Shown here piece by piece: positions 50,877-64,000 of a DNA stretch of 64,000 nucleotides (within the stretch, counting starts at the first letter, position 1; each line of letters opens with the position of its first letter). Source of the DNA: Chiloscyllium plagiosum (Eukaryota); contig NC_057755.1 in assembly GCF_004010195.1 (NCBI RefSeq), positions 2,059,803-2,123,802 on the forward strand, in the 5' to 3' direction. The position numbers were made by a program, and so were the translations under genes. The notes under the pieces were generated by a model. It worked only from the letters and a program-made list of their open reading frames with translations, was not told the DNA's origin and made no database searches.

Positions 50877-51289
50877 TTCAGTGGACACTGGCAAGAAACC
50901 GGTCTTTTCCTGAACTGAATAAGATCAATAGGTCCAGTCAAATCATGTATCATGCCCAAGTCTGACTGGGTTGCAATCCTGTCACGGGACCAAACTGGAG
51001 GTTTTGCAATCCTAGAACAGTTCTAGTCCTGTATGGGATTGATCTTGGAAGGATTCCAGGAAAGGTTTGGAGCTGGAATGGAGTCGATGTTGATGCTGCA
51101 AGGATCGATCTAATCTAAGGAGAGCCTAAAACTGGGGGAGTGGAATCATTTGTGGAGGATTGGATTCAGTGATGACTCGCAGTCTTCGTCATTTCAGTCT
51201 GATCCTGAAATGCATCAAGTTATTGAATGCACGTGCTCATATCTGCATTTATCAAAATTGCGGAGAATTGCGTCCACTTGCTGTTTAAA

Positions 51290-54200
51290 CTAATTCAGCA
51301 GGGGGATGGGAACCTACACTGTAGCTCCAGTGTGCAGAAGATTTAGTGTAGTGAAGTCATACATGAAGTTTCAAGATCACAAGAATGCACTAGCAAGGAG
51401 GAAGGTGGTTTGAAGCAAAGAGGTTCTTCTGAAGCTGTACAGGGCCCTGATGAGACCGCACCTGGAATAGTTTGTGCAGTTCTGGTCTCCAAATTTGAGG
51501 AAAGACATTCTGGCTATTGAGGGAGCGCAGCGAAGGTTCACGAGGTCAATTCCTGGAATGGCGAGACTATCTTACGTTGAAACTTTGGAGCGATGGTTAA
51601 AAGATTGGTTGAAGCAGGTTACAGAGGTTTCAGTAAGAATAGGGACTTGCAGACCCTTAAGTTTAGAAGACTGAGAGGGGATCTGATTGAGATGTATAAG
51701 ATTATTAAAGGATTGGACACTCTGGGGGCAGGAAACATGTTTCCGCTGATGGGTGAGTCCCGAACCAGAGGACACAGCTTTAAAATAAAGGGTAGTCCAT
51801 TTAGGACAGAGATAAGGAGAAACGTCTTCACCCAGAGAGTGGAGGCTGTGTGGAATGCTCTGCCCCTGAAGGCAGTGGAGTCCCAGTCTCTAGATTCGTT
51901 TAAGAAAGAGTTGTATAGAGCTCTCAAGAATAGTGGAATCACGGGTTATGGAGATAAGGCAGGAACAGGCTACTGATTGAGTATAATCAGCCATGATCAT
52001 AATGAATGGTGGTGCAGGCTCGAAGGGCAGAATGGCCAACTCCTGCACCTATTGTGTATTTTCTATTGAAGTATGTCTAATTCAACGCCAGGAGCATCCA
52101 GATAAAGGTGGGTGAACTTGCAGCATGGTTTGGTACCTGGGACTTCAATGTTGTGGCCATTTCGGAAACATGGGTATGGCAAAGTCATGAATGGTTGATG
52201 CAGGTTTCAGAGGTTTCAGTAAGAATAGGGAAGATGGTAATCGAGAGGGAGGTGTGGCATTGTTAATCAAGGATAGTACTACAGTGGCAGAACTTTGATG
52301 AGGCCTTGTCAACTCAGGTAGTATCAGCTGAGGTAAGAATCAAGAAAGGAGAAGTAACTTGTTGGGAGTTCTCTGAAGGCCTCAGAAAAATTCCAGAGAT
52401 ATAGTGGAAAAGATTGCAAAGATGATATTGGATAGGCGCAAGAGTAACAGTGCAGTTGTTATAGGGGTCACTAACTTTCCAAACATTGACTGGAAATGCT
52501 TCAGTTCGAGAATTTAGATGGGTCAGTTTTTGTACAATCTCTGCAGGAGGACTTCCTAATACAACTTATAGATAGGCCAACATGAGGTGCAGCCCGGTGT
52601 TAGGTTTGGAGTTGGGTGAGCACTTTGGTGATAATGATCATAATCTGGTTGTTTACTTTAGCAATGGGGATGGGGAAGGAAACATGCTGGGGCACAACTG
52701 AAAAATGGAGCTGCTCAAGAAACAGCTACTGAGTGACCTTGATAAGTATGGACCTGTCAGGCAGGGAAGAAGTGGTCGAGCAAAGGAGCTGCAGTTTACT
52801 AAAGAAGTTGGATCTCTTGTCAAGAGGAAGAAGAAGGTTTATGTACAGATGAGACGTGAAGGCTCAGTTTGGGCACTTGAGTGGTACAAGCTAGCTAGGA
52901 AGGATCTAAAGAGAGAGCTAAGAAGAGCAAGGAGGGGACATGAGAAGCCTTTGGCGGTTCGGATCAAGGAAAACCGTAAAGCTCTCTATACATTAGTCAT
53001 GAATAAAAGAATGACGAGAGTAAGATTAAGGCTAGTAAAAGACAGTAGTGGGAAGTTGTGCATGGAGTCCGAGGAGATAGGAGAGGCACGAAGTGAATAT
53101 CTTTCGTCGAAAATGACAGTTCTGTCGAGGAGAATAATGAGATACAGGCTATTAGACTAGGCAGAATTGAGATTAACAAGGACGAGGTGTTAGCAATTCT
53201 AGGGAGTGTGAAAATGGATAAATCCCCAGGGCTGGAAGCAATTTATCCAGGGATTCTCAAATAAGCTAGGGAAGAGATTGCAGAACATTTGGCTCTTATC
53301 TTTATGTCATCATTGTCTACAGGTATCATACCAGAAGACTGGAGGATAGCAAATGTCGTTCCCTTGCTCAAGAAGGGGAATAGAGACAGCCCTGGTAATT
53401 ATAGAGCAGTGATCCTGACTTCAGTTGTGGGTAACGTGATGGAAAAGGTTATAAGAGGTCCGATTTGTAATCATCCAAGGAGAAATAATTTGATTAGGCA
53501 TAGTCAACATGGTTTTGTGAAGGGTAGGCCGTGCCTCCAAAACCTCATTGAGTTCTTTGAGAAGGTGACAAAACATGTGGATGAGGGTAAAGTGGTTGAT
53601 GTGGTATATATGGATTTCAGTAAAGTGTTTGATAAGGTTCACCCCTGTAGCCTATTGCAGAAAATATGGAGGCGTGGGATTCAGTGTGATTTAGCGATTG
53701 GGATCAGAAATTCTCAAGTTTGAAGAAGACAGAGTTACTCATGCTGTGCCGCATGTATCTGTTTGGGGCCACCGCTGTTTGCCATTTCTATAAATGACCT
53801 GGATGAGAGCGAAGAAGGATGGGTTAGTAATTTTGCAGAAGGCACGAAGGTCAGTTGAGTTGTGGATAGTGCAAAAAATATGTTGCAGGTTAGAGAGGGA
53901 CATAGATAAGCCGAAGAGCGGGGCTGAGAAGTGGCAAATGAGTTTGATGTGGAAAGATGTGACGTGATTCACATTGGAAGGAGTAAAATTAATACAACGT
54001 ATTGGGCTAATGGTAAGATTCTTGGTTGTGTGGATGAGCAGAGAGACTTTGGTGTCCACGTACATAGATCCCTGAAATTTGAGATCCAGTTTGATAGGGT
54101 TGCGAAGAAGGGATACAGCATGTTACTTTTTATTGGTTGAGGGATTGAGTTTCAAATCCACGAGGTCATGTTGCAGCTGTACAAAATTCTGATGCCGCTA

Positions 54201-54720
54201 CATCTCAAATATTGAGAAAAGTTCAGATTGCCACATTATAGGAAGGTCGTAGGTGCATTGGAAGCGGTGCAGAGGAGTTTTAAAATAATTGTTGCCAGGT
54301 ATGGAGAGAAGGACTTACGAGGAAAGGCTGAGGTACTTGAGGTAGTTTTTGTTAGAGAGACGATAGTTGAGAGGTGACTTCATAGAGACATGCAAGATGA
54401 TTAGACGATTAGATAGGATGGACAGTGACACCCCTTTTCCTTAGATGGTGATGGCTAGCATGAGGGAACATAGTTTTAAATTGAAGTGTGATAGACACAG
54501 AACAGATATCAGAGATAGTTTCAGTAATAAGGAAGTGGGACACCCTGACTGCAACAGTAGTAGACTAGCCAACATTAAGGGCATTTAAATCGTCAGTGGT
54601 TAAACATAAGAATGATAACTATGTAGTGTAGGTTAGATGGGCTTCAGATTGGTTTCACAGATCAACACAACATCAAGGGCTGAAAGGCCTGTACTTTGCT
54701 GTAATGTTCAATGTTTATGT
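51290..54720 (+). mobile_element. CR1 LINE (ORF2 EN+RT+3' tail) with a younger 5'-truncated CR1 nested at 51416-52065
   Basis: GLK|CV.FNARSI is split by the insert, with ttgaag duplicated at 51410-51415 and 52066-52071; insert ORF 51593-51976 is the CR1 C-terminus; host ORFs at 52705-54140. Confidence 0.88.
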
Positions 54721-54779
54721 CTGTGAGATTGTTTCTATTTGTAATTCACAAATTTAATGTTCTGTTATTTCTCTTGCAG

Positions 54780-55669
54780 TTAATGTACCTGCAATTGTGA
54801 TCCTGTCCCAAGGAAACTGCGGCATCTTAACCTACACCAGTCGCTATCTTGTGGCCATGGCGACTGCAGATCTATTCGTTAAATCATTGAAGTCATACGA
54901 TCGCAGATTAAATATTATTATTTCCCGTTGTCTTTCCTTGACATCATGCCTGCTAAAAATATTTTGATTCATTCAGCCACAAACTGCTCGGTCTGGTTCA
55001 CAGTCACATTCTCTTTGATCGATTTGTTGCCATCTGTTTCCAGAACCTGAAAATGAAATATTGCATCCAGAAAAAAATGCAGCTCTTGTCCTCTTAATAA
55101 TCTGCATTCTTCTCTGTTTAAAATAAAATGTCCCCTTCCACAATATATATGACACCAATACAGGTCATTGCCAACCTTTCATGGTTCTGCTATCAAAAGG
55201 AGTCTGGATGGGTTGGAGTTAACTGTTTTGATCGGGTTCAAACGCCATTGCTTCCATATGGTTTAATTCTTTTGCTTAACGCTCTGACAGTGAGACACAT
55301 TTTAGTGACCAGTCAGATCTGTCAGGGACTGAAGAGTCAGAGAAAAGGAGAGAATCCCAGTGACCCAGAGATGGAGAGCAGAAGAAAGTCTGGGATTTAC
55401 TTTTGACCATTTCTGGCACCGTCATAATTCTGTGGTCAGTTCATGTTACCGAAATCTTTTATTATAATATTCGTGGAATATACCTGAGGCATTACAATAG
55501 TTCAGAACTTATATTTGCAATGGCTGGCATTTCACTGGCAAAGTTAAATTGCTGTACAAACATATTCGTTGATGTGGCAAATCAAACGAAGTTCAGAGAG
55601 CAAGTCAGGGAGATGATGAAATATCCTGTCACATTAATAATTCAATTAGTACTTAAACAAAATAACTGA
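54780..55669 (+). pseudogene. GPR139-like GPCR pseudogene (exon 2)
   Basis: ctcttgcag acceptor then VNVPAIVILSQGNCG..RYLVAMATADL; frameshifts near 54880, 55015, 55070-55140 and 55400 plus an in-frame stop (~55123); TPLLPY, DPEMESRRKS and CCTNIF motifs retained. Confidence 0.88.
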
Positions 55670-58600
55670 CAGTAGGCTAGAGGAATGTCCCTTAGTTTTA
55701 TATGTATGAATGTTAAACTGATCGCCAAAATCAAAACTAACACAGTTTGCCGGTTGTGGAGTCGGCAGCATTCAGGCTCTTGTACCCAGACTTCATCCAC
55801 ACTGTCTTGTTTTCTTTGATTTTCCTTTTCTCCTTCTTTTCTTGCCTTGTACTTACATTCTGGGGTGAAATTGGTCATTGTGGCAACAGTAACAAGTCGA
55901 AGGCGAAAACCAGTGAGCATTGAGCGGGACACGGGCATTGGCATAAAGGAGGCATCTGACAAAGTGGCGACCATGGGACCAGGCTGTTACATCAGTGGAG
56001 GCGCCATCGGCGAGTTAGGCCCAGCAGTGAAAGATGTCATCTGAGTAGTGGCAACTTCGAGGATGGTGGCAGCAAGAAAAGTAATGGAGTCTCTTTAAGC
56101 TATATCTTAAATTGTTCAAATGATGCCAGAAAATATCTATGATGTGTAAAATAAAAAGACAATCAAATCAAATTAATTATTCAAAATCTCAATAGATAGA
56201 AGACAAAGAGCTTTATGTAATCAAGTGGGAAAAATGGAAAAATAGATAGTAGACATAAGCGGAGGACATTGGTTCATCAATTCTGCTTCACACTTAACTG
56301 ATCTTAACTGATCCTCTATCCAATTCCATACACCTGTTCTCCCCCAATTCTTCTCGAGGCATTTTTATCTCTAGAAATTTGCCCATTTATTTTATCAATA
56401 TATGCATGATCTGTCTTTCATAGCCTTCTCTGGTAGAGAATTTCATGTGATCATCACTGACCCCCTGCAACTAGAAATATATGTTCCAATCTCAGTCTGA
56501 AATGGCCCATCCCATATCCTGAGATTGTACCTGCTTTATACAGTGCTCCCCCAGTAAAGGGAAGTATTAACAAGGCATCCCGCCTGCCCATCAGAAGGTC
56601 AGGCATTTGAATTAGATCATTGAATTAGATCAGTTCTTATTCCTCCAAATTTCAGTGATAGCAACTGAAATCAGTCCAGTATCTTCTTTCTGATAAAAAG
56701 GAGATGGGATATTCCAGGAAACTACCGACAGCCAAGTCTCACATTTGTGGTTGGCTAGTCATAGAAGAGAATTCTTAAGGTTTAGATTTACGTGCAATTG
56801 GGAAAGCATGTCCTAATTAAAGACAGTCAGCATGGCTTTGAGTGGGGCAGAGATATGTTTCACTAACTTGATCGAAGTTTTCACGGAAGTGACAATGATG
56901 ACCGACAAAGACAGGGCAGTGGGTGTTGTCGACGTGGATTTTAGGAAGGCTTTTGACGATTTCCCTCATGATTAGCTTATCCAGAGAAAAGAAATACCTG
57001 GCATTCATGGTGGCTTGGCCGTGTGACTTCAGGATTGGTTTGTCTGTAGAAGATAAAGGGCAGTGGAGGAAGGGTGCTTTTCAGGTTGGAAGTCTACTGT
57101 TTGTGCTAAGGGATGTGTGTATTGGGAGTGTTGCAAGTACTTTCGGTACAGTATCATTAAGTCGCTTTGGAAAGGAGAAGTTAGCCAGTATTCTGCTTCC
57201 TGTTCTTAGAATTTCATTNNNNNNNNNNNNNNNNNNNNNNNNNNNNNNNNNNNNNNNNNNNNNNNNNNNNNNNNNNNNNNNNNNNNNNNNNNNNNNNNNN
57301 NNNNNNNNNNNNNNNNNNNNNNNNNNNNNNNNNNNNNNNNNNNNNNNNNNNNNNNNNNNNNNNNNNNNNNNNNNNNNNNNNNNNNNNNNNNNNNNNNNNN
57401 NNNNNNNNNNNNNNNNNNNNNNNNNNNNNNNNNNNNNNNNNNNNNNNNNNNNNNNNNNNNNNNNNNNNNNNNNNNNNNNNNNNNNNNNNNNNNNNNNNNN
57501 NNNNNNNNNNNNNNNNNNNNNNNNNNNNNNNNNNNNNNNNNNNNNNNNNNNNNNNNNNNNNNNNNNNNNNNNNNNNNNNNNNNNNNNNNNNNNNNNNNNN
57601 NNNNNNNNNNNNNNNNNNNNNNNNNNNNNNNNNNNNNNNNNNNNNNNNNNNNNNNNNNNNNNNNNNNNNNNNNNNNNNNNNNNNNNNNNNNNNNNNNNNN
57701 NNNNNNNNNNNNNNNNNNTCACAATACTGGTTATGTTACAAGGTTACTATGTCCTTGTGTTTTTTTCAGAGAAGGGGTAATTGGCCAGGCTCTATCATGT
57801 CCGAAGTTTGAATGTTTCATTGGGGCCTTTCAGTTTGCGCTAAGTGATAATGCCTCCAGCTTGAGCTTTGTATTTCTTTAAAAAGGGTTTGGCTTATGGG
57901 GCATGGCTATCCCTCCAGCTGTGCAGTACAGTACTGAACTTTAGTCAGTTCAGTTGCAGCAAGGGATGTGTGAAAGAGGCTGCTGACGTCTCTCTCTCCT
58001 TGCAAACTGTAAGATACCTGTACCATTGTATTCTGTTTGTGCTGAGGGATGTGTGTATTGGCACTGTTGCAATTATTTTCGGAACAGCATCATTAAGTCG
58101 GTTTGGATTGGATAAGTTATGCGGTATTCTGTTTCCTGTTCTTTGCGTTTCCTTCCATCATTTTGAAAATAAGTTTTGTTTGTTTAAAATTTGACAGTTG
58201 ACCCAGCTAATTTACTTCGGGAGTATCCACTATGCACAGAGCTAAACAAATAAAAAAAGTTACAGTCTGGGCTACCTGGTTAAAATATTTGAGGGGTCCG
58301 GCCTAGTGCATAACAATTACACCTGAATGAGTAATGAACTGCCATTCTGTTTTTCTTACAAAAGTGGATAATGTCTCACTTAAGCAAGACAAAAATAGAT
58401 TCACCATACATTTCCACACACATTCCACTTGGCTAAATTGCCTGAGACTACATTGTATCTTTCTCAACACTTACAACTTTTGTGACATTGACAAAGTTGG
58501 AAATATTAGTTTGGTGCATTTTTTGAAATGAATAGCTGGAACTCAACGACTGATCCCAATGATATCCCAACTAGTCGTTGCCGTCCACTCCAAAAAATAT

Positions 58601-59389
58601 ACATTCTGCCTTCTCTCTCACATTTGCTCTTGACATCTCAATCGAATCCAATATATTACCCCAATTCCACTTGCTTTCTTTTTGCAAACTTACGTTTTAT
58701 AGGAGACTATATTAACAGGTTGCTAAAAGTCCAAATGAACTATGACCATTAGATCTCCCTAATCTCTTCCCTGCGTTAATCTTCAAGTAACACCAGTGCA
58801 TTGATCAAGCATGCTTTCCCTTTCATTAATCCACATTGTATCTATGAATCCCGTTGGCTATTCCAAGTGTCCCATTTCCACATCTTTTAGTCTCAATTCC
58901 TACATTTTTCTTATGACAGATGTTTGGCCAAACTGTCTGCAAATGTGTGGATTTCTCTGTCTGTCCACTTTTTCATGTTATAGCTACACTGCTGTAGCTA
59001 CTGGATCTGGTGGATCACTCCTATGTTTAGAATCTACAGAATTTAGGAAGGTGACAGGCAAAATGCTCAAAATCTCCAACTTTACAACAACACTCCCCCG
59101 CCCATCACCAAAACATGCACAAACGTCAGCGAACTGGAATTTAGATTAACTACACTCATAATGTATTAGTCTCATTAATTTCTCCACCACTGTACTAAAC
59201 TGATACAAATTGCCTTCAATTCCTACCTCCTAATGGACAATGGCACCCTTAGCATCTCGGGAAATTATTGGAGTAAGCTACACAGTGCGATCGCACTTAG
59301 GTTCAGATTAGAATTGATGTTTTTCTGTTCTCAAGTGGACACGGGTTCACAGGTCAGAGGTTCAGAGTTTGCAGACGACATGCAGATTG

Positions 59390-60475
59390 ATGTATGAAAG
59401 ATACAGGTAGTCTAGGGAGACAGATACCAGTAAGCTTATCATCTGTGGTGGGCAAGTTACTTGAGCAGATTCTGAGGGATAAGATATCCATGCATTTGGA
59501 AAGATATGGTTTCACTAGAGTAGTCAGCCTGGCTTTCAGCATGGGCGGCCATGTTTCACAAATTTGTGGCAGTTCTTTGTTGAACTGACCAGCAAGATTG
59601 AAGAGAGCTGGGCAGTAGACACAGTCGATATGGATTTCCGTAAGGGCTTTGATAAGGTTTCACATGGTAAGGTGCTCTGGAATTCATGGGGAGCTGACAA
59701 ATTTGATTCACAATTGGCTTGATACTAGGAAGCAGAGAGTAAGAGTGGAAGGATGCTTGTCGAACTGGAGGTCTGTCGCTCGTGGTGTACCTCAGTGGTC
59801 ACTGCTGGGCCGATTGCTGTTTGTTATTTACATCAATAATTTGGATGAGAGTGTAAAGGGAGTGATTAGAAAGTTTGCAGATGACACAAATATAGGCAGT
59901 TCCGTGGACAATGTGGAAGATAATCAAAAATTGCAGCAGATCTCAATCAGCGAGGGAAGTGGGTCTAGAAATAAAAAATGGAGTCTAATAGAGGTAAGTG
60001 TGAGATCTGAAAGTCAAATCTAGGTAGACTTTCATGGTGAATGATGGGCCTTCAGGAGTATAGTGGAGCAGAGGGATCTTGGAGTTCAGGTGAACTGCTC
60101 TCTGAAAGTATCATCACAGGTAGACAGGGCAGTGAGGAAGGCTTTTAGCGCAATGGAAGTGATCAGTCAAGGCATTGAGTAGAGCAGTTGAGAAGTAATA
60201 TTGCAGTTGTACAGAATGTTGCTGAGGCTGCTCCTGAAGTGTTGTGTTCAGTTTTTGTCACCTTGCTACAGGGAGGATGTTGTTAAACTGGAAAGAGTGC
60301 AGAAAAGAATCCGCAAGAATGTTGCCAGGACTCAACGATCTGATTATAGGGAGAGGTTGGACAAACCAGAACGTTTTCCCTTAGACCATAGGAGCCTGAA
60401 AGGGGATCTTGTAGAAGTGTGTATGATCATGAGATAGATGGAAAGTGTAAATACACTCAGTCTTTTTCCAAGCGT
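59390..60475 (+). mobile_element. CR1 LINE RT/3' fragment
   Basis: GVPQWSLLGRLLFVIYINNLD, KFADDT, CVQFLSPCYREDV. Confidence 0.85.
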
Positions 60476-60719
60476 TTCCCAGAGAGGGGGGGAAGGATAG
60501 ATGTGGAGAGGAACTGAATGAGAGGCAATGAGAGATGGGGAAGGATATTGAGGGGCAGTAAGATGTATGATGCAATGTCAAGAAGATAGAGCAAGAGCAG
60601 TCAACAGAGAAGCAGAGGCATTTAGACAAGAAGAGAGTAACTGTGCCCTGAGTCAATTTGCATCAGCTTACCCAGCTGAGCAGCCCTGACAATATGCATC
60701 AAGCATGAGGCACAAATCT

Positions 60720-61335
60720 CCACTCACACACTCCCTCTTCTGGACACTGACTCCCCCTCTCTCTGTCTCACTCTGTCTCTCATGTACACACACACACACA
60801 GACACTCACAGTCACACTCACACACTCTCTCACTGGACATTGTCTCCCTCTCTCTCTGTCTCTCATGCACATACACACTGATTCTCACAGTCACACCCTA
60901 CACACACACACACACACAGACACTCACACTCACACTCACACACTCTCTCTGCTGGACACTGTCTCCCTCTCTCTCTGTGTCTCATGCACATACACACTGA
61001 TTCTCACAGTCACACCCTCCCTCTGCTGGACATTGTCTCCCTCTCTCTATCTGTCTCTCTCTCTCTGACTTTCTGTCTGTCTCTTTCTCTCTCTCTCTGT
61101 CTAGCTGATTTTTTCTCTCTCTCATGCACACGCACATACACAGACTGACTCACACTCACACATTCCCTCTGCTGGACACTCTGTCTCTTTCTTTCTCTCT
61201 CTCTCTCTCTCTGTCATGCACGCACACAGATATATACTGACTGTCACACTCTCAACACTCAGTGATTAAAATCTCTCTCTCACATACACACGTGCACAGA
61301 CGTACGCACACGCACACACACAGACACACACGGTG
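60720..61335. repeat. CA/CT-rich compound microsatellite with degenerate ctggacactgtctccctctc units
   Basis: Direct inspection. Confidence 0.9.
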
Positions 61336-61814
61336 TCTGTCTCATCTGGAAAACAAAAAAAATCAGTTCATTGATGCCCGCAGTAAGGAACCGTAACCTC
61401 CAGTTAACCCCGTGAGAAGGACACATGAAATCCAAACCCAGTGCAATGTGATAGACTCTCACCTGCTATCTGTCATGACCCAGTAAGCCACTCAATTTAA
61501 AGAAAACTAGGATCGGGCAATAAACACTGGCCAGCCAGTGATGCCCACGTTCCATGAGTGAAAAATAATATCAATGAAAAACTGTCAAGGATGGAATTCC
61601 AGTGTTTTGACGCAACCACAGTAAAGGAACAGTAATATATTTCCAAGTCAGGATGCTGACTGGCTCAAAGGCCAATTTTTAAGGGATTAGTGTTCCTATG
61701 TATCTGCTGCCTTTGTCCTTCTAGATGGAAGTGCTCGTGGAAGGTGCTTCCTATTATTCCCCCGTCCGTACTTAAGAGAGGTGGGATTGACTGGAAACTG
61801 TTATCCGAAGAACA

Positions 61815-62380
61815 CAAAATGAAGTTGATGGAAAAGCTCAATAGGTCTGACAGCATCTGTGGAGAGAAATCAAAGTTAATGCTCAGGGCCAGTGACCCTT
61901 CCCCAGAACTGATGTGGCTAGGAAAATGCTGGTTTATTTGCAAACGATAGAGTGACTGTAGCGTGTAAGGAGTAAACTATAGGTAAGGATAAATCTCAAT
62001 AAGGGAGAGAGGAGGAGAGCTGGGATTGTTACCGATCTGAATCGGGCAGTGAATACCTGCTAATTAAAACTATTCGTGGCTAAACAATGGTAGTGTGTAA
62101 AAACAGATTATGTGACAACAAGGCCTGGTGTGTGGGCTTGGGGACTTGGACATGGAGGAGTTCAGGCCCCAAAATTATTGAACTCGATATTGAGTCCAGG
62201 GGCCTGCAGAGTTCCCAAGCAGAAAAGTGGGAGTTTGTTCTTCCAACTTGTGCTGATCTTCACTAGAACACTGCTGCCAGCCTGAGCCAGAGATGTTGGC
62301 CAGGGAACAGTGTCGCGTGATAAAATGGAAGGAAACTGGAAGCTCAGCGTCTTTTTGGGGGATATAACGGAGATGTCCAT
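61815..62380 (-). mobile_element. Penelope-like element 3' fragment
   Basis: Minus ORF KLPLFCLGTLQAPGLNIEFNNF (GIY-YIG tail) plus terminal-repeat-like segment at ~61820-61910. Confidence 0.6.
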
Positions 62381-63990
62381 AAGACCATAAGACATGGGAG
62401 AACAAGGCCATTCGGCCCATCGGATCCACTTTGCGATTTAATCTTGGCTGATGCGCGTTTCAATTCCACTTACCTGCACTCTCCGTAGCCGTTAATTATT
62501 TGCGAGACCAAGAATATATCAATCTCTGCCTTGAAGACACCCAATGTCCTGGCCTCCACTGTGCTGTTTGGCAATGAACTCCATACGTTCACCACTCTTT
62601 GACTGGAGAAATGTCTCCTCATTTCCGTTCTAAATTGACCCCCTCTAATATTAAGGCTATGCCCACAGGTCCTGGTCTCTGCACCAAACAGAAACAACTT
62701 CCCAGCATCCACCCTTTCGAAGCAATGTATTATGCTGTACGTTTCTACTAGATCTTCCATCAAGCTTCTAAACTCTAATGAATACAATCACAGTATCCTC
62801 AGCAAATCTTCATATGTTCGGCCTGCCATTCCAGGGATCATTTATGTGAATCTCCAAAAGACACGCTCCAGTGCCAGTATATCCTTCCTGGGGGGTGAGG
62901 CCCAGAATTGTACACAGTATTCTAATTGGGGCTTAACCAGAGCTTTATAAAGTCTCAGAAGCACATCGCTGTTCCTATATTCCAACCCTCTTGAGATAAA
63001 TGATAACATTACATTTGCTTTCTTAATCACAGACCCAACCTGCAAGTTAACCTTTAGAGAATCGTGGACTAGCACTCACAGACCCCTTTGTACTTTGGCT
63101 TCATGACTCTTTGCACGATTTTAAAAATAGTTCATGCGAGTATTCTTCTTTTTCCGAAAGTGCAATACAGTGCACTTGTTCACGTTGAATTTCATCAGCC
63201 ATTTTCCTAAACTGTCTAAAACTGTCTGCAGCCTCCCCACTTCCTCAGTACGACCTGCCTGTCCACTTAACTTTGTATCATCGACGAACTTTGCCAGAAT
63301 GTCCCCAGACCCTTCATCCCGATCAATTATATATAAAGTGAATAGCTGCAGCCCCAACACTAAACCCTGCCGCACACCACATTTCACCAGCTGCCATTTC
63401 GAAAAAGAACCGTTTATCCAAACTCTCTGCCTTCTGTCAGACAGCCAATACCCAATACAAGCCAATAGTTCACCTTGAACACCTTGGGCCCTCACCTTAC
63501 TCAGCTGCCTCCTGTGAAGCACTTAATCAAAGGCCTTTTGAAAGTCTAGATATATAATATCCACTGGGTTTCCCTTTTCTAACCTACTTGTTACGTCTTC
63601 AAATAATTCCAACAGGGTTGTCAGGCATGGCCTCCCCTTACTAAATCCATGCTGACTTGTTTTAATCTGGCACTGCACTTCCAAGAATTTAGAAATCTCA
63701 TCTTTAACGATGGGTTCTAGAATTTTACCAACAACCAACGTTAGGCTAATTAGCCTATAATTTTCCATCCTTTGCCTTGATCCTTTCTTGAACAAGGGGG
63801 TAACAACGGTTATTTTCAAATCGTCTGGTACTTTCCCTGACTCCAGTGATTTTTCAAAGATCTCAGTGAACACCTCTTCTATTTCCTTAGCCATCCTTCT
63901 CAGAATTCTAGAATGTAGCCCATTGGGGCCAGGAGATAACGATTTTTAGACCTTTTAGCTTTTCTGGCACTTCCTCTTTTGTCATGGCTG
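62380..63990 (-). mobile_element. CR1-clade LINE ORF2 RT and 3' end
   Basis: Minus ORFs ENYRLISLT, SQHGF, YLDFQKAFD, KFVDDTK, LVKPQLEYCVQFW; ccataagaccataagac tail at ~62378-62394. Confidence 0.9.
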
Positions 63991-64000
63991 ACATACCCAA

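Noticed and set aside
56923..57780. Long ORFs of 285 and 213 aa
   Set aside because: Artefacts of the 500-N gap (57219-57718); likewise the ORFs over gaps 34658-34904 and 50267-50354
57095..58160. Diverged ~120-bp direct repeat (57095-57218 vs 58030-58150), possibly Penelope RT on the - strand
   Set aside because: One copy abuts the gap and the translation is too decayed to assign

Overview
Repeat-dominated eukaryotic genomic DNA, most likely a cartilaginous fish (shark); this is inferred from the CR1 LINE/HE1-type SINE/Penelope repeat content and the receptor family. Host genes form a small cluster of two-exon GPR139-like class A GPCRs. Gene A is on + (exons 4454-4520 and 10010-10890, 315 aa) and gene B on - (exons 33182-33116 and 31291-30405, 317 aa). 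They are convergent inverted paralogs sharing upstream, intronic and 3' sequence. A third, frameshifted pseudogene exon lies at 54780-55669. Most of the rest is fragmented CR1 LINEs, satellites/microsatellites, a Tigger-like MITE and three N gaps. Two signals stand out. (1) A decayed endogenous retrovirus-like relic at ~43.0-46.9 kb has a retropepsin-like protease and a type I membrane glycoprotein that resembles lokiretrovirus-type Env (related to paramyxo/pneumovirus F). (2) More than a dozen short Penelope-derived elements carry intact or decayed minimal hammerhead-ribozyme cores (CTGANGA-stem-GAAA-CGTC), often as back-to-back palindromes. All family assignments come from motif recognition by eye; no database searches were run.
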